Source: an uncultured Brevundimonas sp.
GTDB lineage: Bacteria; Pseudomonadota; Alphaproteobacteria; Caulobacterales; Caulobacteraceae
Assembly: GCA_963515305.1 (NCBI GenBank)
Contig: CAUPWX010000012.1
Span: 5,144 to 69,143, forward strand
DNA length: 64,000 nt
Direction: 5' to 3'
Positions 1 to 9,704 of the stretch are shown in pieces. The notes below the pieces were generated by a model that was not told the DNA's origin, made no database searches, and worked only from the letters and a program-made list of their open reading frames with translations. Position 1 is the stretch's first letter, and the number at the start of each line of letters is the position of its first letter. The position numbers were made by a program, and so were the translations under genes.

Positions 1-930
1 TGGGCGGGGGCGGTCGAGGGTCACGCCTCCCTGGGGGTCGAGCTGGATTCGCCCGCAGGCTATGCGTTTCGCACCGGCAAGCCGCTGATCTCGAACCACC
101 TTGAGATCGAGGAGCGGTTTCACACCCCCAAACTGCTGGCCGACCACGGGGTGCGGCGCGCCATCAATGTGCTGATCCGGCCCCAACTGGACGGCGAACC
201 GTGGGGGGTGCTGGAGGTCGACAGCCCCGACGAGGGTCAGTTCGACGCCCGCGACGCCCTGTTCCTGGACGCCTTCGCCGCCGTGGTCGGCGCCGCCCTG
301 GCCCGCCAGCAGACCGAGCAAAGGCTGCTGGCCGCCATCGAACACCAGGCCCTGCTGACGCGCGAGGTCAGCCACCGCGTCAAGAACAGCCTGTCGCTGG
401 TGTCCAGCCTGCTGGCCATGCAGGCGCGCGGCGCCGGGTCCGACGACGTTCGCCAGGCGCTGGAGACGGCGGGCGCCCGCATCCAGGCCATCGGCCAGGT
501 TCACGATCAGCTGTGGCGCGGGGCCGACGTCCAGTCGGTGATCCTGTCCGACTTCCTGTGCCAGCTGTGCGAAGCCATCGACACGGGCAGCGAACGTCAC
601 CGCGTCACCTGCCAGTCCTCCGACGCGCCCCTGGGCGCCGACATCGCCATTCCGCTGGGCCTGATCGTCAACGAACTGGTCACCAACGCCATCAAATACG
701 CCTATGGGCCCGAGGGCGGCGACATCGCCGTGACGGGCCGCATCGCCGACGGCCGCCTGACCGTCACCGTCGCCGACCAGGGCAAGGGGTTCGACCTGAT
801 CGCCGCCCGCAGCGACCGAAGCCTGGGGATGCGCGTCATCGACAGTCTGGTGCGCCAGATCGGCGGCACGATCGAGGACCGCGCCCAGGGCCGGGGGTCG
901 GTTCTGGTGGTCGAGGCGGCGGCTGGCTAG
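1..930 (+). CDS. GAF-domain sensor histidine kinase (HisKA_2/HWE-type), 5' end outside window
   Basis: Frame is open from base 1; H-box EVSHRVKNSL, N-box ELVTNAIKYA, G1 box DQGKGF. Confidence 0.85.
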   Translation, partial: WAGAVEGHASLGVELDSPAGYAFRTGKPLISNHLEIEERFHTPKLLADHGVRRAINVLIRPQLDGEPWGVLEVDSPDEGQFDARDALFLDAFAAVVGAALARQQTEQRLLAAIEHQALLTREVSHRVKNSLSLVSSLLAMQARGAGSDDVRQALETAGARIQAIGQVHDQLWRGADVQSVILSDFLCQLCEAIDTGSERHRVTCQSSDAPLGADIAIPLGLIVNELVTNAIKYAYGPEGGDIAVTGRIADGRLTVTVADQGKGFDLIAARSDRSLGMRVIDSLVRQIGGTIEDRAQGRGSVLVVEAAAG

Positions 931-932
931 AC

Positions 933-1415
933 CTATCGCCCCAGCACGGCGCGGGCGGGATCGAAGCCGACGACCTCGCGGATCACGATCATGCTCTTGA
1001 AGCCGCGCACCCCTTTTTCGGGGATCAGTTCGCGGATGCCGAACGCCTCATAGTCCTGCATCGAGCGGACGGCGACGGTCAGCAGATAGTCCGTCTCGCC
1101 CGTCACGTCCCAGGCGCCCTGGACCTCGGGACTGGCCTTCATGGCGCTCTGGAAGGCGTCCATCACCCCGCGATCCTGGGTGTTCATCTCGACCTGGACG
1201 TGCAGGACGATGCGCGGCTCGACGCGGGCCGGATCGATCACGGCGACATCGGCGGCGATCACCCCCTCGGCCCGCAGACGGCGCAGCCGACGCAGCACCG
1301 CCGATTCTGACAGGCCCACCGCCTCGGCCGTGACCCGCGCGGGTTCCAGATTGTCGCGCCGCACCCGCGCCAGCAGCCGATGGTCGAAATCGTCCAGGGT
1401 GACGAAATTCGTCAT
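933..1415 (-). CDS. Lrp/AsnC family transcriptional regulator
   Basis: LDDFDHRLL...AEAVGLSESAVLRRLRRL HTH and VTGETDYLL motif; divergent from an EamA exporter; start taken at ATG 1415. Confidence 0.9.
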   Translation of the reverse strand: MTNFVTLDDFDHRLLARVRRDNLEPARVTAEAVGLSESAVLRRLRRLRAEGVIAADVAVIDPARVEPRIVLHVQVEMNTQDRGVMDAFQSAMKASPEVQGAWDVTGETDYLLTVAVRSMQDYEAFGIRELIPEKGVRGFKSMIVIREVVGFDPARAVLGR

Positions 1416-1499
1416 ATGGTGGCCTCTCGTGACGATTTCAGGCGCATTCAAGCGGAAAATCGCCGGGAAGCGCAAGCGGTATTCGGCTAGTCATCGGCC

Positions 1500-2414
1500 A
1501 TGACGTTCGTGGCCCAGAAACCCCATCTGAAAACCCATCTTAACTCGCCCCTGGCGATGCGTCTGATGCCGTATCTGGCGCTGTTCGCGGGCATGGTGAC
1601 GCTGGCCTGCGGCACCTCCTTCGCCAAGACCCTGTTCCCGGTGATCGGGGCCGAGGGCACATCGGCCTATCGGGTGGGCGTATCGGCCGTGCTGCTGATC
1701 GCGGTGTTCCGGCCGTGGCGGTTCCGGCTGACCCGCGCCGATCTGGGCGCCGTGGCGCTGTACGGCGTGGTGCTGGGGGCGATGAACCTCAGCTTCTATA
1801 TGTCCTTGCGGACAATTCCGCTGGGCCTGGCCATCGCCATCGAGTTCATGGGGCCGCTGACCCTGGCCCTGATCCATTCCAGGAAGCCGGTCCATTTCGC
1901 CTGCATCGGGTTCGCGGTCGTGGGCCTGGGGCTGCTGCTGCCGCTGAAACAGGGGGCGGGCGCGCTCGATCCGGTCGGCATGGGGCTGGCGGCCTTCGCG
2001 GGCCTGTGCTGGGCGCTCTATATCGTGTTCGGCAAGCGGCTGTCGCATCTGCACGCGGGTCAGTCCGTGGCGCTCGGCATGAGCGTGGCGGCCCTGGTGG
2101 TCGTGCCGTTCGGCGTGGCCCATGCGGGCGCGGCCCTGCTGAACCCCGCCATCGTCCTGGCCGGCGTGGCGGTGGCGATCTTCTCCAGCGCCCTGCCCTA
2201 TTCGCTGGAGATGGTCGCCCTGCGCGCCATCCCCAAACGCACATTCGGCGTCGTGCTCAGCGCCGAACCGGCCGTCGGCGCCCTGGCTGGACTGATCATC
2301 CTGCACGAGCACCTGACCGGCCAGCAGTGGCTGGCCATCGCCGCCATCGTCGCCGCCTCGGTCGGCGCCATCGCCACCACGCGTGCGGACCGGGTCCAGA
2401 TCGAACCGGCCTGA
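1500..2414 (+). CDS. EamA/RhtA-like amino acid exporter
   Basis: About 10 hydrophobic helices; IPLGLAIAIEFMGPL and ALPYSLEMVAL motifs typical of RhtA. Confidence 0.88.
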   Translation: MTFVAQKPHLKTHLNSPLAMRLMPYLALFAGMVTLACGTSFAKTLFPVIGAEGTSAYRVGVSAVLLIAVFRPWRFRLTRADLGAVALYGVVLGAMNLSFYMSLRTIPLGLAIAIEFMGPLTLALIHSRKPVHFACIGFAVVGLGLLLPLKQGAGALDPVGMGLAAFAGLCWALYIVFGKRLSHLHAGQSVALGMSVAALVVVPFGVAHAGAALLNPAIVLAGVAVAIFSSALPYSLEMVALRAIPKRTFGVVLSAEPAVGALAGLIILHEHLTGQQWLAIAAIVAASVGAIATTRADRVQIEPA

Positions 2415-2418
2415 CCCT

Positions 2419-2547
2419 TCCGCTCATCCCCGCGAAAGCGGGGACCCAGTCTTTCGCGAGGCCGGATGCGTGGGATCGGCGGCCTGAACAAATCCAACGG
2501 TGGAAAGCCCAAAGCCCTGGGTCCCCGCTTTCGCGGGGATGAGCGGA
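2419..2547. repeat. Inverted REP doublet (REPIN/MITE-like), same family as 36848-37222
   Basis: TCCGCTCATCCCCGCGAAAGCGGGGACCCAG from 2419 and its reverse complement at 2517-2547, between convergent genes. Confidence 0.92.
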
Positions 2548-2557
2548 GGTAGGGTTG

Positions 2558-4045
2558 TCAGAACTCCTCCCACTCCTGGCTGGCCGCCGTCGCGGCGCCG
2601 CCGTTGGCGAAGGCGCGGATGCGGGCGCGTTCGCGGGCCAGGGGGATGGGGCTGGCGCCCGAGAGGTCGTGGATGCGCGGCGCCGTCTCACCCGTTTCGA
2701 ACCGTTCGACCAGTTGGGCCAACTGATCCGTTTCGGTCTTCAGGCTGACGGCGGCGGCGGTCGTCTGTTCGACCATGGCCGCATTCTGCTGGGTCACCTG
2801 ATCCATCTGGTTGACGGCGCTGTTGACCTGGCTGAGGCCCGTGGCCTGTTCCTGGGCCGAGGCGGCGATTTCGGACACCAGGGCGTCCATCTCGGCGACC
2901 TTGTGCGCGATGGCGGTCAGTGCCGCACCTGTCTCGTTGACCAGCTTCACCCCCTGCGACACCTCCTGGCCCGAGGTGGTGATCAGGATCTTGATCTCCT
3001 TCGCCGCCTCGGCCGAGCGTTGGGCCAGGGCCCGGACCTCGGAGGCGACCACCGCAAAGCCGCGCCCCGCCTCGCCCGCCCGCGCCGCCTCGACGCCCGC
3101 GTTCAGGGCCAGAAGATTGGTCTGGAAGGCGATCTCGTCGATCACGCCGATGATGTCGCTGATCTGGGTGGAGCTGCGTTTGATGCCGTCCATCGCCGCA
3201 ATGGCCTGGCGCACGACCTCGGCCGAGCGATCCGCCTCGGTCCGGGCGCCGACGGCGGCGGCCGAGGCCTGTTTGGCGCCGTCCGCGCTGCGTTTGACGG
3301 TGGCGGTGATCTGGTCCAGCGCCGCCGCCGTCTGCTCCAGACTGGCAGCCTGTTGTTCGGTGCGCCGCGACAGGTCGTCGGACGCGCTGGAGATTTCGCC
3401 CACCCCGCCCCTCAGACCGCCGATGGCCTGCAGGGCCTGGCCCAGGGTCTGGCGCAGGCTTTCGACCGCAGCGTTGTAGTCGTCACGCACCCGGATGTGC
3501 GCACCCTCGACCGGCGCGTCGATCCGCGCGGTCAGATCGCCGGCCGACAGGCGCGCCAGCACCCCCGCCAGCGCCTCGACCAACACCGACTGCGCCTGTT
3601 CCGCCGCGATCCGCTGGGCCTCGCGCCGCGCCGCCTCCTGCTCCTGGGCGGTGATGTCGATGGCCAGCTTTATGACCTTGACGGGCCGGCCGTCGGCGCC
3701 GAACACCGGGTTGTAGGAGGCCTGAAGCCAGACTTCGCGCCCGCCCTTGGCCAGCCGCCGGAACTTGGCCGCCAGGAACTGACCCGCGTTCAGATCGCGC
3801 CAGAAGGCGGCGTAGTCGGGCGAGGCGGCCTCGGCCGGGTCCATGAACAGCCGATGATGGGCGCCCCGGATCTCGTCCAGACCATAGCCCATCGTCGTCA
3901 AAAGGTTCGAATTGGCGTCCAGGATGGCGCCGTCCAGATCGAACTCGATCACCGCCTGGGATCGGCCGATGGCGGCCATCTTGCCGTCCAGATCGGCCAG
4001 CCGGTTCTGCGCCTGAGCCTGCGCGTCGCGTCGTTTGGAGAACAT
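2558..4045 (-). CDS. Soluble PAS-domain methyl-accepting chemotaxis protein
   Basis: N-terminal PAS/PAC ([20 protein letters not shown]); MCP hairpin [31 protein letters not shown]-terminal WEEF pentapeptide. Confidence 0.93.
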   Translation of the reverse strand: MFSKRRDAQAQAQNRLADLDGKMAAIGRSQAVIEFDLDGAILDANSNLLTTMGYGLDEIRGAHHRLFMDPAEAASPDYAAFWRDLNAGQFLAAKFRRLAKGGREVWLQASYNPVFGADGRPVKVIKLAIDITAQEQEAARREAQRIAAEQAQSVLVEALAGVLARLSAGDLTARIDAPVEGAHIRVRDDYNAAVESLRQTLGQALQAIGGLRGGVGEISSASDDLSRRTEQQAASLEQTAAALDQITATVKRSADGAKQASAAAVGARTEADRSAEVVRQAIAAMDGIKRSSTQISDIIGVIDEIAFQTNLLALNAGVEAARAGEAGRGFAVVASEVRALAQRSAEAAKEIKILITTSGQEVSQGVKLVNETGAALTAIAHKVAEMDALVSEIAASAQEQATGLSQVNSAVNQMDQVTQQNAAMVEQTTAAAVSLKTETDQLAQLVERFETGETAPRIHDLSGASPIPLARERARIRAFANGGAATAASQEWEEF

Positions 4046-4222
4046 AGGCCCCCGCCCTTCTCGCTCCGAGGCCTTTCGCTCGCCTCGGTTGCAAGATTAG
4101 CGGGCTAATTGGTTGCCAAACCGTTTCTTGCCTAGGTTGTAACGCAGCCGTGACCAAGGCCGGCTTCATCCGTCGTTAACCACGATGGCGCATCTGATCG
4201 GGGACTGTTCCTGGGGTGAAGC

Positions 4223-5566
4223 TTGCGTAATCTCGTCGCCGCCGTCGAAGCGATCGACCCGCTGGTCGTCACCGGCAAGGTCGCGGGCGTGTCGGGCCTG
4301 CTGATCGAATCCCGCGGCGGCCTGTCGCGCCTGGCGGTCGGGGCGCGAGCCGAGATCGGGCGGCGCGGCCACGATCCCCTGCCGGCCGAGGTCGTCGGCT
4401 TTCGCGATTCCAAGGCCCTGCTGATGCCGTTCGGCCCGGTCGAGGGCGTGGCCCCCGGCGCCGACATCCGCATCATCGACCAGGCCGCCAGCGTGCGCCC
4501 GACCACCGCCTGGCTGGGTCGGATCATCGACGCCTTCGGCCAGCCCATCGACGGCAAGGGGCCGTTGCCGCAGGGGCCGGCGCCCTATCCGCTTCGCAGC
4601 CCCCCGCCCCCGGCCCATTCGCGCGGCCGGGTGGGCGAACGGCTGGATCTGGGCGTGCGGTCGATGGACGTCTTCACCACCACCTGCCGGGGCCAGCGCC
4701 TGGGCATCTTCGCCGGATCGGGCGTGGGCAAGTCGGTGCTGCTGTCGATGCTGGCCAAACAGGCGACCTGCGACGCGGTCGTCGTCGGCCTGATCGGCGA
4801 ACGGGGACGCGAGGTGCGCGAGTTCGTCGAGGAGACTTTGGGCGAAGAGGGGCTGAAACGCGCCGTCGTCGTGGTCGCCACCAGTGACGAGCCCGCCCTG
4901 AAACGCCGCCAGTCGGCCTATATGACCATGGCCATCGCCGAATATCTGCGCGACCAGGATCTGGAGGTGCTGTGCCTGATGGACAGCGTCACCCGCTTCG
5001 CCATGGCCCAGCGCGAGATCGGTCTGGCGGCGGGCGAGCCGCCGACGACCAAGGGCTATACCCCCACCGTCTTCACCGAACTGCCCAAGCTGCTGGAGCG
5101 GGCCGGGCCGGGGCCGATCCGGCCCGACGGCACGACGGCGGCGCCCATCACCGCCCTGTTCACCGTGCTGGTGGACGGCGGCGACCATGACGAGCCGATC
5201 GCCGACGCCGTGCGCGGCATTCTGGACGGACACATCGTCATGGACCGCAAGATCGCCGAGCGCGGGCGCTTTCCCGCCATCGACGTGCTGAAATCCGTCA
5301 GCCGCACCCTGCCCGGTTGCCAGACCCCGCCCGAGCGCGAACTGAACAAGCGCGCCCGTCAGTGCCTGTCGGCCTATGCCAATATGGAAGAGCTGATCAA
5401 GATCGGCGCCTACCGGGCCGGCGCCGACCCCATCGTGGACCGGGCCATCGCCCTGAACCCCGCGCTGGAGGATTTTCTGGGACAGGACAAGGACGATCAC
5501 ACCAGTCTTTCCGATTCCTTTACCCGGCTGGAAGCAATCCTGAACATGGGAATGGTGCAGGGGTGA
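4223..5566 (+). CDS. fliI: Flagellar export ATPase FliI
   Basis: Walker [33 protein letters not shown]; followed by fliJ and near ctrA. Confidence 0.95.
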   Translation: MRNLVAAVEAIDPLVVTGKVAGVSGLLIESRGGLSRLAVGARAEIGRRGHDPLPAEVVGFRDSKALLMPFGPVEGVAPGADIRIIDQAASVRPTTAWLGRIIDAFGQPIDGKGPLPQGPAPYPLRSPPPPAHSRGRVGERLDLGVRSMDVFTTTCRGQRLGIFAGSGVGKSVLLSMLAKQATCDAVVVGLIGERGREVREFVEETLGEEGLKRAVVVVATSDEPALKRRQSAYMTMAIAEYLRDQDLEVLCLMDSVTRFAMAQREIGLAAGEPPTTKGYTPTVFTELPKLLERAGPGPIRPDGTTAAPITALFTVLVDGGDHDEPIADAVRGILDGHIVMDRKIAERGRFPAIDVLKSVSRTLPGCQTPPERELNKRARQCLSAYANMEELIKIGAYRAGADPIVDRAIALNPALEDFLGQDKDDHTSLSDSFTRLEAILNMGMVQG

Positions 5567-5649
5567 GGAGTGCTAGTGAGCAAGACGTGAGCGCAGGCGT
5601 GGACGCTTCGACGTTCCGGCTCACCCCTTGCTCACTAGCACTCCTCACC
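5562..5649. repeat. Long palindromic element (perfect 23-bp arms), copy 1 of a second repeat family
   Basis: GGTGAGGAGTGCTAGTGAGCAAG (5562-5584) / CTTGCTCACTAGCACTCCTCACC (5627-5649); related copy at 8290-8377. Confidence 0.88.
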
Positions 5650-5695
5650 TCCGCCCCGGCCTCCACGCCCACCCTCAAGAAAACGCAGTGACCGC

Positions 5696-6106
5696 ATGAC
5701 CGCCTGGGCCCAATCCCTGATCCGCATCTCCAACTACGAGGTCGAGACGCTTCAGAAGCGTCTAGCCGAGATCGCCGAACGCCGCGCCGGGGCCGAGGTC
5801 CGCATCGCCGTTCTGGACGCCGAGGCCGAGGCCGAACGCGACCGCGCGCGCGTGGACGCCGAGGCCGGCATGATGCTGGGCGCCTATCTGAACGGCTGGA
5901 AATCGCGCAAGACCGCCGCCGAGGGCGACCTGAGCGTGCTCGACGCCGAGGAAGCGGGCGCCCGCGACGCCCTGACCGGCGCCTTCGAAGAGCTGAAGAA
6001 GTTCGAACATGTCGCCGAGACGACCCGCCTGAACCAGCTGGTCGCCATCGCCAAGCGCGAAACCGCCGCCTTCGACGAACTGGGCCTGCGGAAACGGGCC
6101 GTATAA
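5696..6106 (+). CDS. fliJ: Flagellar export chaperone FliJ
   Basis: 136-aa coiled-coil protein directly after fliI; AFEELKKFE motif. Confidence 0.85.
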   Translation: MTAWAQSLIRISNYEVETLQKRLAEIAERRAGAEVRIAVLDAEAEAERDRARVDAEAGMMLGAYLNGWKSRKTAAEGDLSVLDAEEAGARDALTGAFEELKKFEHVAETTRLNQLVAIAKRETAAFDELGLRKRAV

Positions 6107-6113
6107 GAGTTTT

Positions 6114-6252
6114 CCTTCTCCCCTTGCGGGAGAAGGTGGGCCCGAAGGGCTCGGATGAGGGGTCGCCCCCTCGGAACCAGAGGCCAGGATGAAGCGCGAA
6201 ACCCCTCATCCGTCTCGCTTCGCGAGCCACCTTCTCCCACAAGGGGAGAAGG
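6114..6252. repeat. Composite palindromic repeat (CCTTCTCCC...GGGAGAAGG family)
   Basis: 6114-6139 and 6227-6252 are inverted (25/26); 6152-6163 and 6201-6212 are inverted (12/12); each outer arm is itself a hairpin. Confidence 0.88.
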
Positions 6253-7322
6253 CCTGGTCGCGCCGCACCGTCCTCGCCTCGTCTCTGGCTCTGCCCCTAG
6301 CCGCCTGCGACCGCTTCGCCTCGGCCGAGCCGTCGCCGCCGAACGTGCCGCCGCTGAAATCCGTCTCGCCCGCACCGTTCGGCACGGCGATCAAGGCCGA
6401 GCAGATCGACAACCCGGACTGGGTCGCGCTGGCCCGCGCCAACGTCTCCCAACTCACGCCCGAGTGGGAGATGAAGATGGAATACATCTTGGCCGACGGG
6501 CTAGACCAGCCGAGGTTCGACCGTTCGGATCGCATCGCAGCCTTCGCCCAGGCCCAGGGCATGGCGATGCATGGCCACACATTGATCTGGTACGCGCAAG
6601 GGAAAGAAGCCTTCGCCGGCCTCTCGGGCGCCGCCTTCGACCGCGCCTTCGACGGCTATATCGCTGCGGTCGCTGGGCGATATCGGGGCAAGGTCCGCAG
6701 CTGGGACGTGGTCAACGAGCCGATCCTGGACGACGGGTCGGGAATGCGCGACTGCCACTGGAGCGCCCGTTACGGCCACGACGGCTATAGCCTGCGCGCC
6801 TTCGAACAGGCCCGCGCCGCCGACCCTGACGCCATCCTGTTCCTCAACGAATACAATCAGGAAAGCGTGCCGGCCAAGGGCGTGCAGTTCCTGAAGCTGG
6901 TCGAACGCCTGCTGAAGGCGGGCTGTCCGCTGCAGGGGCTGGGCCTGCAGTCGCACCTGTGGATCGACATCCCGCCCGGCGTCATCGCCGCCTATCTGCG
7001 CGAGATCAGCCAGTTCGGCCTGCCGATCCATGTGTCCGAACTGGACTGCACCCTGCGGACCGAAGACCGGCTGGACCTGCGCGGCCAGGCCGAGCGCATG
7101 ACCGCCCAGAGCGCGCGCGTGACCGAACTGGCCGCCGCCTTCGCCGCCCTGCCCCAAGCCCAGCGGTTCGCCTTCACCACCTGGGGCCTGCGGGATGCCG
7201 ACAGCTGGTATCGCCAGGGCGAAAAGGACGACGGCAAGGACAAGCCCCTGCCCTTCGACAGCTTCGGTCGGCCCAATCCGATGGCGGCGGCCCTGGCGGC
7301 GGGGTTCAAGACCCGGGCCTGA
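6189..7322 (+). CDS. GH10 endo-1,4-beta-xylanase-like Tat lipoprotein
   Basis: HGHTLIW, WDVVNE (acid/base), GLQSH, VSELD (nucleophile); SRRTVL Tat motif and LAAC lipobox. Confidence 0.88.
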   Translation: MKRETPHPSRFASHLLPQGEKAWSRRTVLASSLALPLAACDRFASAEPSPPNVPPLKSVSPAPFGTAIKAEQIDNPDWVALARANVSQLTPEWEMKMEYILADGLDQPRFDRSDRIAAFAQAQGMAMHGHTLIWYAQGKEAFAGLSGAAFDRAFDGYIAAVAGRYRGKVRSWDVVNEPILDDGSGMRDCHWSARYGHDGYSLRAFEQARAADPDAILFLNEYNQESVPAKGVQFLKLVERLLKAGCPLQGLGLQSHLWIDIPPGVIAAYLREISQFGLPIHVSELDCTLRTEDRLDLRGQAERMTAQSARVTELAAAFAALPQAQRFAFTTWGLRDADSWYRQGEKDDGKDKPLPFDSFGRPNPMAAALAAGFKTRA

Positions 7323-7328
7323 AAACGA

Positions 7329-7356
7329 AAACGCCCGCCGTGTCCGGCGGGCGTTT
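7329..7356. terminator. Bidirectional intrinsic terminator between xylanase and ctrA
   Basis: AAACGCCCGCCG-TGTC-CGGCGGGCGTTT between convergent genes. Confidence 0.8.
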
Positions 7357-7377
7357 CAAAATCGGATCGTCAGGCGA

Positions 7378-8079
7378 TCAGGCGGCGACGGTGATGGCGC
7401 CCTCGGCCGGGTCGCGCAGGACATAGCCGCGGCCCCAGACGGTTTCGATATAGTGTTTGCCGTCGGCGGCGGTGGCCAGCTTCTTGCGCAGCTTGCAGAT
7501 GAAGACGTCGATGATCTTCAGTTCAGGCTCGTCCATGCCGCCATACAGGTGGTTCAGGAACATTTCCTTGGTCAGGGTCGTGCCCTTGCGGAGCGAGAGC
7601 AGCTCCAGCATCTGGTATTCCTTGCCGGTCAGGTGCACGCGGTGACCGTTCACTTCGACCGTCTTGGCGTCCAGGTTCACGGCGATCTCGCCGGTGTGGA
7701 TGATCGCCTGGGCGTGGCCCTTGGAGCGGCGGACCACGGCGTGGGTGCGCGCGATCAGCTCGTCCTTGTGGAAGGGCTTGGTCATATAGTCGTCGGCGCC
7801 GCCGCCGAAGGTCTTGACCTTGGTTTCGATCTCGTGGCTGCCCGACAGGATCATGACCGGCGTGTTGACCTTGCCGACGCGCAGCTGGCGCAGGACTTCC
7901 AGGCCGCTCATGTCCGGCAGGTTCAGGTCAAGCAGAATGAGGTCGTAGTCATAGATCTTGCCCAGATCGATGCCTTCCTCGCCCAGGTCCGTCGTATAGA
8001 CATTGAAGCCTTCCGACTTCAGCATCAATTCGATGCTCTGGGCGGTGGCGTGATCGTCTTCAATCAACAGGACGCGCAT
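7378..8079 (-). CDS. ctrA: Cell-cycle master response regulator CtrA
   Basis: [59 protein letters not shown]-terminal AA degron. Confidence 0.97.
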   Translation of the reverse strand: MRVLLIEDDHATAQSIELMLKSEGFNVYTTDLGEEGIDLGKIYDYDLILLDLNLPDMSGLEVLRQLRVGKVNTPVMILSGSHEIETKVKTFGGGADDYMTKPFHKDELIARTHAVVRRSKGHAQAIIHTGEIAVNLDAKTVEVNGHRVHLTGKEYQMLELLSLRKGTTLTKEMFLNHLYGGMDEPELKIIDVFICKLRKKLATAADGKHYIETVWGRGYVLRDPAEGAITVAA

Positions 8080-8148
8080 TCGTGCCCCTCCAGGCAAAAG
8101 CTCTGCGGTAACCACCCTGACACACGGCCGGGTAACCTTGTTCGCAAG

Positions 8149-8260
8149 TTAAGAGGTGAAAACCTTAAGAAGGGTTAACGCCATCCGATTGAGTCGAATC
8201 TAGGCTGATTTGCGAATCGCCGTCGAGTGGCCGGAGTCAACGATTCGTAATTTATTAACC
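8149..8260. promoter_or_regulatory. ctrA promoter region with TTAA half-sites and five GANTC (CcrM) sites
   Basis: TTAA at 8149, 8165, 8175, 8255; GANTC at 8191, 8196, 8214, 8234, 8242. Confidence 0.75.
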
Positions 8261-8289
8261 ATGTCGGCCGCGGACCGGGCGAGCCGCAC

Positions 8290-8377
8290 GAGTGAAGAGT
8301 GCGAGTGAGCAAGGGGTGAGCTTGATCGTGCCTTACCTGCGCCTCGCTGACCTCTCGCTCACTCGCACTCGTCACTC
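8290..8377. repeat. Long palindromic element, copy 2 (inverted relative to 5562-5649)
   Basis: Arms 8290-8310 / 8357-8377 pair at 20/21; 27/29 identity to the reverse complement of copy 1. Confidence 0.85.
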
Positions 8378-8477
8378 CAACGCCCCCTCCATCGCATCCC
8401 GCCGACCACAACCTCAAGGCGGGCAAGGCGTCACGTCCGGTTTTGACGTGCGCTAGGATTTTATTCCCATCGCAGTA

Positions 8478-8885
8478 GTGACGCTCGCCTATGATGCGGC
8501 CGTCGACGTTGGTGAGAGGGAGGCGTGCGCCGTGGAGGACTATATCGTGCCGGTCAGCGAGGAGGACCGGATCAAGGCCGGGCTGGCCGTTCATCTGGTC
8601 GCCGTGCGAACCGGCGCGCGCCCCGAACAGATGATGAGCAAGGGCCGGATGCATCCGCGCATGGCCCGTCCGCGCTGGCTGGCCATGTATCTGTCGCACG
8701 TCGCCTTCGGCTGGACGCTGGAGCGGGTCAGCCATGTCTTCGGCGTCAACCGCGCCAGCGCCGGGGCCGCCTGCCGCTGGGTCGAGGACGAGCGTGAACG
8801 GCGAAACGTCGACGACCTGCTGAACGAATTGGAGACCTGCATCCAGGGCCTGTATCAGCCGCCCGTGCTGGATCTGGCGCGATGA
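8478..8885 (+). CDS. DnaA C-terminal-like HTH protein (GafY-like GTA activator candidate)
   Basis: ARPRWLAMYLSHVAFGWTLERVSHVFG resembles the DnaA domain IV signature; coupled to a DUF6456-like gene near sufE/divJ. Confidence 0.65.
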   Translation: MTLAYDAAVDVGEREACAVEDYIVPVSEEDRIKAGLAVHLVAVRTGARPEQMMSKGRMHPRMARPRWLAMYLSHVAFGWTLERVSHVFGVNRASAGAACRWVEDERERRNVDDLLNELETCIQGLYQPPVLDLAR

Positions 8886-9595
8886 GCCGCCTGCTGGAAC
8901 GGGCGCGCGATCTGCTGACGCGGCCCCACGCCTGGCTGTCGGCCGAAAACGACGGCGCCTATGCCCTGCGGCTGTCGGCGGATCGCCGCAGCCGCGTCAG
9001 CCTGACCTTGCATGAGGCCGAGTTCCGCGCCCTGATCGAACGACCCGGCCTGCGCGCCCGGCCGGGCGGCGGCTGGATGGGGCGGACGGAGCCTGACGGG
9101 GTCGCCGCCTCGCCGCCCGGCCGTCCCGGGATGGTGATGGGGGAACGCGACCTGATGCAGGACGATGGTCGGCTGGTGCGCCGCACCGCCAATCTGGGCG
9201 AGAGCCCCATCGCCTGGCTGGCCCGCCGCAAGGACGTGTCGGGCCGGCCGTGGCTGACCCCGGCGGAGGCGGCGGCCGGCGAACGTCTGCGTCGCGAGGC
9301 CGAGTTCGCCCAGAAGGGACCGTCGCTGACCATGCGCTGGGACGCCCTGCCGACGGCGGGGCCGGGAACCACTGCCCGCCTGGAGCCGAGCGACCGCGCC
9401 CTGTCGGCCGGCCGCCGGGTCGAACAGGCCCTTAGCGCCGTCGGCCCGCGCCTGCGCCCGATGCTGACCCGCATCTGCATCCACGGCGACAGCCTCAAAC
9501 TGGCCGAAACCGGCCTGGGACTGCGCCGTCGCCAGGGCAAGACGGTGCTGAAACAGGCGCTGCAGGCCCTGGCCGAACACTATGGGATCGGTTGA
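8882..9595 (+). CDS. DUF6456-like protein (GafZ-like candidate)
   Basis: NLGESPIAWLARRKD...AGERLR, TMRWD and sigma-region-4-like C-terminus (ALQALAEHYG); 4-nt overlap with upstream gene. Confidence 0.65.
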   Translation: MSRLLERARDLLTRPHAWLSAENDGAYALRLSADRRSRVSLTLHEAEFRALIERPGLRARPGGGWMGRTEPDGVAASPPGRPGMVMGERDLMQDDGRLVRRTANLGESPIAWLARRKDVSGRPWLTPAEAAAGERLRREAEFAQKGPSLTMRWDALPTAGPGTTARLEPSDRALSAGRRVEQALSAVGPRLRPMLTRICIHGDSLKLAETGLGLRRRQGKTVLKQALQALAEHYGIG

Positions 9596-9704
9596 GCGGG
9601 TCGGGCGCTGGACGGGAACCTATCGTTTGGAACAATGATTTCCGACGCAACGCGGACTGTGGCATCGCGCCTGGGTTGTCCGTCCCCCTACCCGGAGATT
9701 CGCC

